Assembly: GCA_963555985.3 (NCBI GenBank)
Contig: OY820591.1
Span: forward strand, 384,001-448,000
From: Dehalococcoidia bacterium
GTDB lineage: Bacteria; Chloroflexota; Dehalococcoidia; Bin125
DNA: 64,000 nucleotides
Direction of reading: 5' to 3'
The notes under the pieces are model-generated. The model saw nothing but the letters and a program-made list of their open reading frames with translations. It searched no databases and was not told the DNA's origin. Below, one piece after another: positions 56,563-64,000 of this stretch. The translations under genes and the position numbers were made by a program. Every line of letters begins with the position of its first letter. Positions within the stretch are counted from its first letter, which is position 1.

Positions 56563-57909
56563 TCAGCGCCATTTGAGGGCAAACAGGTGGACGGGTTCTT
56601 CGAAGCCGCGCAGGACATGCACGCCGCGATCGTCGAAGCGGTAGCCGCGGCCCTCGACGAGGCCGCGCACGAGATCGGAGACCAGGATCTCGCCGCCGCC
56701 GGCTGTGCCCATGATCCGGGCGGCGCGGTTGACGGTTGCGCCGTAGAGGTCGCCGGCCTCGGCGATCGGTTCGCCGGCGTTGATCCCGATTCGCACGCGG
56801 ACATCAAGGTTGGCGCTGATCGCGCGCTCGATCTGGACGGCGGCGTCTAGCGCAGCGGAGGCCATCGTGAACCAGGCCATGCTGCCGTCTCCCATCGTCT
56901 TGACCTCGGTGCCGCCATGCGACTGGAGGGCGGAGCGGGTGATGTTCTCAACCTCGCGAGTGATTTCACGAGCGACGGCGTCGCCAAGCCGATCGACGAG
57001 GTCGGTGGAGCCTTCCATGTCGGTGAAGACGACGGTGCGAGTGGCGCTGACGGGAGCTTGGCGAGGGGCGGCGACGCCCTGGATGAACCTCTGGACGAGG
57101 TTGGCGAGTTCGTGTACTGAGCGGGCGTCTGGCGCGAGCAGGGCGGCTTCGGACTGCAGGAGCGCGAGTTGCGCGCTGGGGATGACCTGGGCCCAGGCGC
57201 GGCCCAGTCCGGCGTCACCGCGGGTGACGGAGATCAAGGTGGGCAGATCGACCTCGCGCAGTTCCTGGGTGAAGTTGAGTGAACGCAGTTCGGGGATCAG
57301 TTGGAGCACGCGCTCAACACTGGGATAGGTGTGGAGGGCGTCGGCGATCTGATCGATGGTCTCGTGGTCGGTGTCGGGCAGCGCGATGGTCATCAGGGCA
57401 CGGCGCGCGGTTTCGCTGTCGTAGCGCCAGCCCAGCCGCAGCAGGCGGTCGACCACTTCGTCGAACAGTTCGTTCTGCGCCTGATCGTCTTTCGAAAGCG
57501 GCTGGCCGAACCCCATTGGCACCGGATGGTGCAGGATCAGGTGGGAGTAACGTTCGGGTTCGTTGAGCACGCTGATCACGGCGGCCGGGGTGCCGATGTA
57601 GTAACCGAGCAGGGCGACTCGGGGAGCGCCGATCGCGTTGACGACGGCGGTGATGTCGGTCGCTTCGTCCTGGAAGGAACCCCAGACGCCGTGGCGATCG
57701 GAGAGGCCGCATCCGCGCGGGTCGAAGCGCACGACCTGAAAGGACGTACTCAGGCGTTCCCAGAGTCCATCTTCGACCCAGCCGAAGTCGAGCGGCATCA
57801 TCGGGCCGGTGGAGACGACCAGGGGCGGGCCTTCTCCGTAGACGGTGTAGGCGATCCCGACGCCGTCCTCGGTCTGCGTGTAGCGCACGGGGGGAGCCAG
57901 CATGGTCAT
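56563..57909 (-). CDS. Alpha/beta-hydrolase fold + class III adenylate cyclase (LipJ-like)
   Basis: GIAY..G.GPPL, FDPRGCGLSD; FTDMEGST, KTMGDG, DLYGATVNRAAR. Confidence 0.9.
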   Translation of the reverse strand: MTMLAPPVRYTQTEDGVGIAYTVYGEGPPLVVSTGPMMPLDFGWVEDGLWERLSTSFQVVRFDPRGCGLSDRHGVWGSFQDEATDITAVVNAIGAPRVALLGYYIGTPAAVISVLNEPERYSHLILHHPVPMGFGQPLSKDDQAQNELFDEVVDRLLRLGWRYDSETARRALMTIALPDTDHETIDQIADALHTYPSVERVLQLIPELRSLNFTQELREVDLPTLISVTRGDAGLGRAWAQVIPSAQLALLQSEAALLAPDARSVHELANLVQRFIQGVAAPRQAPVSATRTVVFTDMEGSTDLVDRLGDAVAREITREVENITRSALQSHGGTEVKTMGDGSMAWFTMASAALDAAVQIERAISANLDVRVRIGINAGEPIAEAGDLYGATVNRAARIMGTAGGGEILVSDLVRGLVEGRGYRFDDRGVHVLRGFEEPVHLFALKWR

Positions 57910-57963
57910 GACGATCAACCTTTCGCGCTGGCCCTCCGGCGGCCGGGGCTGAGCATGGTTGGC

Positions 57964-58713
57964 TCAGATGCCTTGGGTCATGCCGCCGTCGATGATGAAT
58001 TCGACGCCGTTCATGTATTCGGAGTCGTCGGAGGCGAGGAAGAGGGCGAGTTTGGCGACTTCTTCGGCTTCGGCGAGGCGTCCGTAGGGGACGCGGCGCA
58101 CGAGCTGGTCGCCCATGCCCTGCTCGATCATGGGGTGCTGCTCCAGCATCGGGGTTTCGATCAGGCCGGGATGGATCGAGTTGACGCGCACGCCGGCAGG
58201 CGCGAACTCGTTCATCGCGGTCTTGGTCATGCCGCGCACGGCCCACTTGCTCGCCGTGTAGGCGACCATGTTGGCTGGGCCGCGTAGACCGGCGACCGAG
58301 GAGATGTTGACGATCGAGCCGGAGCCGGCTGCCGCCATCATCGGCCCGACGTGCTTCAAGCCGAGGAATACACCGAGCTGGTTGATCTCGATGATGCGCA
58401 TGTACTCCTCAACCGTCGTGTCGGCGATGGAGCTCGACCTGAAGATACCCGCGTTGTTGAGCAACGCGTCGACCTTGCCGTAGTCCTCAAGCACTTCGGC
58501 GACGATTGTCTGCCACTCGGATTCCTGGGTCACATCGTGATGCAGATAGCGCGCGCCCTCGATCGAGGCTGCGGTCGTTTTCCCTTCGGCGTCCAGCACG
58601 TCGGTGAGGATGACGTGAGCGCCTTCGGCGGCGAACAGGCGACCTTCGGCTGCGCCTTGTCCTCGCGCCCCGCCGGTGATCAATGCCACCTTGCCGTCGA
58701 GCCGTCCTGCCAT
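57964..58713 (-). CDS. SDR (3alpha,20beta-HSD-like)
   Basis: TGGARGQG, YTASKWAVRGMTK, NSIHPG. Confidence 0.93.
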   Translation of the reverse strand: MAGRLDGKVALITGGARGQGAAEGRLFAAEGAHVILTDVLDAEGKTTAASIEGARYLHHDVTQESEWQTIVAEVLEDYGKVDALLNNAGIFRSSSIADTTVEEYMRIIEINQLGVFLGLKHVGPMMAAAGSGSIVNISSVAGLRGPANMVAYTASKWAVRGMTKTAMNEFAPAGVRVNSIHPGLIETPMLEQHPMIEQGMGDQLVRRVPYGRLAEAEEVAKLALFLASDDSEYMNGVEFIIDGGMTQGI

Positions 58714-58753
58714 CGTCGCTTGCCTGCTTCCGTTCTCGGTCTGTGTAACTAGC

Positions 58754-58806
58754 CGGACCCCCCTCTGTCACTTCGTGACATCTCCCCCCGCGATGCGGGG
58801 GGAGAG
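58754..58806 (-). repeat. REP-like family A, copy 4
   Basis: Reverse complement CTCTCCCCCCGCATCGCGGGGGGAGATGTCACGAAGTGACAGAGGGGGGTCCG. Confidence 0.9.
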
Positions 58807-58820
58807 TGTGCCGAGCTTTC

Positions 58821-59570
58821 TTAGATTCCCTGAGTCATGCCTCCGTCGATGATGAACTCGACGCCGTTCATGTACTCGGAGTCGTCGGAGGCGAGGAAGA
58901 GGGCGAGTTTGGCGACTTCTTCGGCTTCGGCGATGCGTCCGTAGGGGATGCGGCGGACGAGTTGGTCGGTCATGCCCTGTTCGATCACGGGCAGCTGGTG
59001 CAGCATCGGGGTTTCGATCAGGCCGGGATGGATCGAGTTGACGCGCACGCCGGAGGGTGCGAACTCGCTCATGGCGACTTTGGTCATGCCGCGCACGGCC
59101 CACTTGCTGGCGGAGTAGGCGACCGATCCCGCGCCGCCGCGCATTCCGGCGATCGAGGAGATATTGATGATCGATCCCGACCCAGCCGCAACCATCACCG
59201 GCCCGACATGCTTCAGACCGAGGAAGACGCCGATCTGATTGATGTCGATCACGAAGCGATAGTCCTCAAGCGTGGTCTGATTAATTGGGCTGCTGCGGAA
59301 GACGCCCGCATTGTTCACGAACGCATCGATCTTGCCGAAGTCTTCCATCACCTCCGCGACTACGGCTTCCCACTCCGACTCTTGGGTCACGTCGTGGTGC
59401 AGATAGCGCGCGCCTTCGATTGAGGCCGCGGTCTCGTTGCCCTCGGAGTCGAGCACGTCAGTGAGCACGACCTGCGCGCCTTCGGCGGCGAAGACTCGTC
59501 CCTCCGCCGCGCCTTGTCCGCGTGCGCCGCCAGTGATCAGCGCCACTTTGCCGTCAAGCCGTCCCGCCAT
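58821..59570 (-). CDS. SDR (tandem paralog)
   Basis: MAGRLDGK start at 59570; C-terminus nearly identical to 57964-58713. Confidence 0.93.
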   Translation of the reverse strand: MAGRLDGKVALITGGARGQGAAEGRVFAAEGAQVVLTDVLDSEGNETAASIEGARYLHHDVTQESEWEAVVAEVMEDFGKIDAFVNNAGVFRSSPINQTTLEDYRFVIDINQIGVFLGLKHVGPVMVAAGSGSIINISSIAGMRGGAGSVAYSASKWAVRGMTKVAMSEFAPSGVRVNSIHPGLIETPMLHQLPVIEQGMTDQLVRRIPYGRIAEAEEVAKLALFLASDDSEYMNGVEFIIDGGMTQGI

Positions 59571-59654
59571 GGTCGCCTGCCTTTCTGATCCGTCGGAAGA
59601 CAGGGGCAGGGTAGCTGCACGCAATCGGAGATTCCTATGGGGGTGGGAGGAGCG

Positions 59655-60410
59655 GGGCACGGTAGGGACTGGGCGGTCGCGATTCGCGGCCTCGCGGGGC
59701 TGTGAGAAAAAAACGAGGTGGGGTCGCCGCTTGCGGTCGGGGGATTACGGCGGCTCTTCCTCTTCCTCGAGGCTGTCGTCGTCGTCCGGCAGAGGGACGT
59801 CTTCGCCGCGCATGAGGGCGACGGCGATGGCGTGGGGATGGAGGTGGAGTTCCTTCTTCTGCTCAGGGGTGAGCGGAGCTTCGGGCAGGCGGGGGGAGTG
59901 GTTGGCTCGGGGTTTGGGCGCGGGTTCGGGATGGGGTTGGAGGTCGAGCGCGTGGTGGATCTCGCGGGTCTTGGCGTTGGAGGGGGAGAGTTCGCGGATG
60001 AGGAGGGCGAGCGCTTTGATGCGGACGTGGCCGGCTTCGTCGGAGTGGGCGAGTTGGCCGACGCCGGTCATGGTGGATTGGTAGGTGTGGGGGAAGGGCA
60101 TGGCGGGTGTTCCTTTCTTGGGGAATGCAGGACTCTTGAGCTTATCTGGATGGATGTTCGGATTGCAAGTTGGTTGGGTGTGTTGTGGTTATCGGAAGGT
60201 TGGGTGCTTGATGTGGCGTTTCACCCCCTCTGCCCCGTTGGGGCATCTCCCCCTTGAGGGGGAGAGGGGAGCTGGAGTTGGGGTGTCTGTGCTGTGATGT
60301 GGCGTTTCACCCCCTCTGCCCCCCCGCCTTCGCGGGGGCAGGCTCTTCGGGGCATCTCCCTCCCCGCCTGCGCGGGGACAGGCTCTTGAAGGGGAGATTT
60401 TGGGGAGGTG
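59655..60410 (-). repeat. ORFan cassette copy 2 (with duplicated, nested REP)
   Basis: Inverted homolog of 37545-38180. Confidence 0.85.
59745..60101 (-). CDS. Hypothetical protein (cassette ORFan paralog)
   Basis: MPFPHTYQSTMTGVGQLAHS...; close paralog of 37721-38089. Confidence 0.7.
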   Translation of the reverse strand: MPFPHTYQSTMTGVGQLAHSDEAGHVRIKALALLIRELSPSNAKTREIHHALDLQPHPEPAPKPRANHSPRLPEAPLTPEQKKELHLHPHAIAVALMRGEDVPLPDDDDSLEEEEEPP

Positions 60411-60428
60411 AGATGAGGTGTTGGTGGC

Positions 60429-60848
60429 TCACTCTGGGGGCAGGATGACGTAGGTGCCGTTGCCGTGGCCGATGTGGCGGCCGGATTGGTCGTAGAGGTC
60501 TACTGCGCAGTGGCTGAGGGTTCTTCCGCGCCGGATGACTTCTGCTCGGGCTCGGATGATGTCTCCGTCGAGGCCTCGGAGCCAGCGGAATTCGGATTGG
60601 GCGGTGATGACTCGCTCGCCTTCTGCCTGGACGGTGCCGAGGGCGCCGCCCATCGCTGAATCGGCGACGAGGAGCCAGACGCCGCCGTGGACGATGCCGT
60701 AGAGGTTGTGGGTCTTAGGGGTGGCTTTGAGGGTGATCTCGCACCAACCGTCACCGGCGTCGGTGAAGCGGTAGCCGAGCTCCTGGAAGAGGGCGACCGC
60801 TTCCATCTCGCGGAGGGGCGGGTAGCGTTCGAAGATGTCGTCGGACAT
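60429..60848 (-). CDS. PaaI family thioesterase
   Basis: N.YGIVHGG...DSAMG, RRGRT hotdog motifs. Confidence 0.9.
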   Translation of the reverse strand: MSDDIFERYPPLREMEAVALFQELGYRFTDAGDGWCEITLKATPKTHNLYGIVHGGVWLLVADSAMGGALGTVQAEGERVITAQSEFRWLRGLDGDIIRARAEVIRRGRTLSHCAVDLYDQSGRHIGHGNGTYVILPPE

Positions 60849-60863
60849 CGCGTCGCCGGCGGT

Positions 60864-61340
60864 CTAGTCGCGGCGCATTTCGGCAGCGTGTTCGGCCAGG
60901 TGGTCGCCCAGGAAGCCGAAGGCCCCGCCGACGGTGATGGGCGTGCCGAGGAATTCGGCCCCATTGCCCCACTCGTCGTCGGCGACCGTGTCGACCAGGG
61001 CGAGCGTTTTGCCGTAGCCCTGGTCGAAGAAGGCGAGCACCGACTCCGGGGTCGCTCCGCGCGAGCGGATGCGGACCATCCAGAGGCTCATGAAGTTGAA
61101 CACGGCCATGAGCGGCGCCGGCGGGTTCATGCCCTTGTTCTGGCGCAACCTCGACACGGTGCGGTCGCCGGCTCCCGCCCCGAAGGCGATGTGCCAGCAC
61201 AGCTGCCCGTTGGTCCAGCCGGCGTTGTCGCTCTTGCGGCTCCACTCGTCCTCGGAGAGCCCGAGGACCAACTCGCGGAAGCCTTCACGCGCTTCCACCA
61301 TCGCGGTTCGCGCCTCATCGGCGTTGGTGATCTCGGCCAT
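60864..61340 (-). CDS. DinB/maleylpyruvate-isomerase-like protein
   Basis: W...S..GWT..QL.WH, H..EH metal triad. Confidence 0.8.
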   Translation of the reverse strand: MAEITNADEARTAMVEAREGFRELVLGLSEDEWSRKSDNAGWTNGQLCWHIAFGAGAGDRTVSRLRQNKGMNPPAPLMAVFNFMSLWMVRIRSRGATPESVLAFFDQGYGKTLALVDTVADDEWGNGAEFLGTPITVGGAFGFLGDHLAEHAAEMRRD

Positions 61341-61383
61341 GGTTCAGTCCTATTCGTTGCCCGCAGCGGCGGCCTGGAGCGTG

Positions 61384-61532
61384 TTCACATGGGCCGGAAC
61401 TTCCAACCAGATTCCGTCATTGCCGCGGCAATCTCGCCGTGTGCTGCACGGACGCTCTTGCCGTATGCAGCGAGATACCCGCGGCAAGCGCGGGTATGAC
61501 GGAATTCCGGGTCGGAATATGGCCCATGTGAA
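61384..61532. mobile_element. MITE-like element containing a family B REP doublet
   Basis: Outer 12-bp IR TTCACATGGGCC/GGCCCATGTGAA; inner ATTCCGTCAT...ATGACGGAAT. Confidence 0.6.
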
Positions 61533-61537
61533 ATACC

Positions 61538-62014
61538 CTAGTTGCGCCGCATCTCGGCCGCGTGCTCACTGACGTGTTCGCGCAGGAATCCGAATGAGTT
61601 GCCAACGGTCATCGGCTCGCCCAGAAAGACGCCGCTGTTGCTCCACTCGTCGTCGGCGACCGTATCGATCATCCCGCGCGTCATCGCCAAGCGCTCCTCG
61701 AAGAAGGCCAGCACCGAATCGGGCGTCGCGCCGCGCGAGCGGATACGCACTAACCAGAGGCTGAGTAGGTTGAGGACCCCCATCAGCGGAGCGGGCGGCT
61801 TCATATCCTTGTTCTGGCGCAGTCGCGCCACCCTCAGCGTGCCCCCGCTCGCGGTGAAGGCGATGTGCCAGCAGAGCTGGCCGTTCGTCCAAGCGGCGTT
61901 GTTGCTCGTTCGGTTCCATTCCTCGCCGGACAGTCCCAGCACGAGTTCGCGGAACTGCTCGCGCGCCTGGTCTAACTCGGCGTGCGCCTCGTCGGCGTTG
62001 GTGATCTCCGCCAT
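61538..62014 (-). CDS. DinB-like protein (paralog)
   Basis: Clear paralog of 60864-61340. Confidence 0.8.
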   Translation of the reverse strand: MAEITNADEAHAELDQAREQFRELVLGLSGEEWNRTSNNAAWTNGQLCWHIAFTASGGTLRVARLRQNKDMKPPAPLMGVLNLLSLWLVRIRSRGATPDSVLAFFEERLAMTRGMIDTVADDEWSNSGVFLGEPMTVGNSFGFLREHVSEHAAEMRRN

Positions 62015-62043
62015 CGTGTCGTTCCCTTGCTAACTGTTCGGTC

Positions 62044-62934
62044 TCAGATGGCTGAGTACCACTCGCGGATCGCCTCACCGATCTCGTGGGGCGAATCTTC
62101 CTGGACGAAGTGAATGCCGGGCACCGTCACCTCGGTCTGATTGGGCCATGCGCGGCAGAATTCGAGTTGAGCGCCGTTGAGGATGGCGCCGGGTTCGGCG
62201 TTGATCAGCAGCTTGGCGATGTGTGCGGAGTCGTCTGAGGACAGGAAATCGGCATAGGTTTGCACGATCTCGACGACATCGGGAGGTTCGCCGTTGAGCG
62301 GGATCTCGCGCGGCCAGGTGAGCGTCGGTCGGCGCGACTCGCCCGGCTCGCGGTAGGGGAGGCGGTAGACCTCCATTTCCTCGTCAGTGAGGCCGCGGAT
62401 GACACTGCCCGGGAGGACGCGCTCGACGAAGACGTTCTTTTCGAGCACCATTTCCTCGCCCGCTTCGGAGCGGAAGCCCTGGAAGACGCGGGCGGCGGCG
62501 GCGGGCCATTCGTCCCAGCTGACGGGGCGGACGATCGCCTCCATGTAGGCGAGTCCCTTGACCTGCTCCGGATGGCGGCGGGCGTAATGGAAGCCCAGCG
62601 CCGAGCCCCAGTCGTGGATCACGAACGTCAGATTCTCGTTCAGGCCCATGCCCTCAAGCCAGGCGTCGAGCCAGGCGGCATGGTCGACGAAGCGGTAGGA
62701 GCCGCTCGGTGAGGACCCGGACTGTCCCATGCCGATCAGGTCGGGGGCGAGGCAGCGTCCCGACTCGAAGCAATGGGGCATGATGTTGCGCCAGAGGTAG
62801 GAGGAGGTGGGATTGCCGTGGAGGAAGATGATCGGGTCGCCGTCGGGGTCGCCCTGGTCGACGTAGGCCATGGTGGTTTCGCCGATGGTGAGTCGTTTGC
62901 GGGGGAACGGGTCGTCGGCGGAGATGTCGGGCAT
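62044..62934 (-). CDS. Haloalkane dehalogenase (LinB/DhaA-like)
   Basis: [36 protein letters not shown]. Confidence 0.92.
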   Translation of the reverse strand: MPDISADDPFPRKRLTIGETTMAYVDQGDPDGDPIIFLHGNPTSSYLWRNIMPHCFESGRCLAPDLIGMGQSGSSPSGSYRFVDHAAWLDAWLEGMGLNENLTFVIHDWGSALGFHYARRHPEQVKGLAYMEAIVRPVSWDEWPAAAARVFQGFRSEAGEEMVLEKNVFVERVLPGSVIRGLTDEEMEVYRLPYREPGESRRPTLTWPREIPLNGEPPDVVEIVQTYADFLSSDDSAHIAKLLINAEPGAILNGAQLEFCRAWPNQTEVTVPGIHFVQEDSPHEIGEAIREWYSAI

Positions 62935-63000
62935 GGTTCAGCGTTTCGTCAAGCGTGCGGCGTTGGCGGGAGGATATCAGGCGGCGTCACCCGCCGATTG

Positions 63001-63144
63001 GAGAGTCGCGCGTACATCAAAGCTCCGTCATACCCGCGCTTGCCGCGGGTATCTCGCCGTTGTCTGCACCGTCGTTGCCCACCCCGCGAGATTGCCGCGA
63101 CGGAGCGCGGCAATGACGGAGCAATTGGCTTACGCAAAGGTCTC
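63001..63144. mobile_element. MITE-like element containing a family B REP doublet
   Basis: Inner GCTCCGTCAT...ATGACGGAGC; imperfect ends GAGAGTCGCGCGTA / GAGACCTTTGCGTA. Confidence 0.5.
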
Positions 63145-63198
63145 CTTCAGTTCGCATCCATTCCGACGGAGATGGCGCAGCAGTACGCCACGCTTCAC
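63130..63198 (-). pseudogene. hicA: Truncated HicA-like toxin
   Basis: MKRGVLLRHLRRNGCELK, then stops inside the repeat element. Confidence 0.65.
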
Positions 63199-63344
63199 TT
63201 CACAATCACCGTTGCGATCTCGGCGTCAGCCGACACGTCGCTCAGAGCTTCGGCGCGACGATCCAGCAGCGCCAAATCGATGGAATCCGCGAGATTCTCC
63301 AGCACTTCGTCGCGTGTGACCCAGGCGTGGAATGTCTGCTTCAT
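63195..63344 (-). pseudogene. hicB: Internally deleted HicB-like antitoxin
   Basis: MKQTFHAWV-TRDEVLENLADSIDLALLDRR...; central segment missing; GTGA overlap with hicA. Confidence 0.6.
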
Positions 63345-63448
63345 CTGGGATCCCTCGGGACTTCTTGCTCATGGGCCTGATGCGCTCGATCCTACGCCAC
63401 TGGACTCGCGGCTAACATGAGGAGCAGGCGAAGATTCGGAGGCTGACG

Positions 63449-63871
63449 ATGCCTGTGACCGGAATGGACCATGTGGCGATTCCCGCCGGGGATCCGGAGG
63501 CGCTGATGGGGTTCTATCGCGCGCTGGGCTTCACCATCCTGCATGAGGCGGAGTGGCGCGCCGGCGACTTCCCCGCCTTCGCGATCTCCTGCGGCGACCA
63601 GAAGATCAACGTCCACGATCCGAAGCTCTGGCAGAACTCCAAGTTCACCTTGCGCGGCCCCACCGCCGAGCCCGGTTGCGGCGACTTCTGCTTCGTCTGG
63701 GAGGGCACGCCTGAGACGGCCGCAGCCGCCATCGAAGCCGCCGGAGCCGAGGTCATCGAGGGCCCGGCCCCGCGCCAGGGCGGCCGCGCCGGCGGACTCA
63801 CCGAAGGCATCAGCGTCTACACCCGCGATCCCGACGGCAACCTGGTCGAACTGATCTCATACGGCGGCTAA
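63449..63871 (+). CDS. VOC/glyoxalase family protein
   Basis: DHVAIP, FYRALGF, QKINVH, DFCFVW, RDPDGNLVEL. Confidence 0.92.
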   Translation: MPVTGMDHVAIPAGDPEALMGFYRALGFTILHEAEWRAGDFPAFAISCGDQKINVHDPKLWQNSKFTLRGPTAEPGCGDFCFVWEGTPETAAAAIEAAGAEVIEGPAPRQGGRAGGLTEGISVYTRDPDGNLVELISYGG

Positions 63872-63891
63872 ATCGAATTGGAGCGAATCAC

Positions 63892-64000
63892 ATGGACTTC
63901 TGGGATGTCGTCAGCACCGCCCGCGCGATGCGGCGGTACAAGCCGGATCCGATTCCCGAGGAGACTTTGCGCCAGCTGATCGAGGCGGCGCATCTGGGGC
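63892..64000 (+). CDS. Nitroreductase family protein (5' part)
   Basis: MDFWDVVSTARAMRRYKPDPIPEETLRQLIEAA. Confidence 0.85.
   Translation, partial: MDFWDVVSTARAMRRYKPDPIPEETLRQLIEAAHLG

Overview
High-GC bacterial chromosomal window. Gene content suggests Chloroflexota/Dehalococcoidia-like (inference). It holds: housekeeping genes (partial gltX, rluA, lspA, lgt, folP, folK, purF, purM, purQ, purL); two threonine-synthase-like PLP enzymes; an Rrf2-linked sulfur-assimilation/sulfur-carrier cluster (cysH, cysK, MoaD-MoeB fusion, extended MoaD/CysO, cysM, rhodanese, unknown gene, MT-A70 methyltransferase, JAB/Mec peptidase); a split cytochrome b/Rieske/cytochrome c operon with unannotated microproteins; and paralog expansions (3 Uma2, 3 epoxide hydrolases, 9 SDRs, 2 DinB-like). 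Also present: vapBC, a decayed hicBA and a DNA methyltransferase-endonuclease fusion. Non-genic structure includes two families of REP-like palindromes (some nested or framed by MITE-like ends), an inverted duplicated ORFan cassette associated with strong local strand-compositional skew, and a candidate Met/Thr/Ile leader-peptide attenuator. No rRNA, tRNA, CRISPR array or intact transposase was recognised. All calls come from reading motifs by eye; no searches were run.
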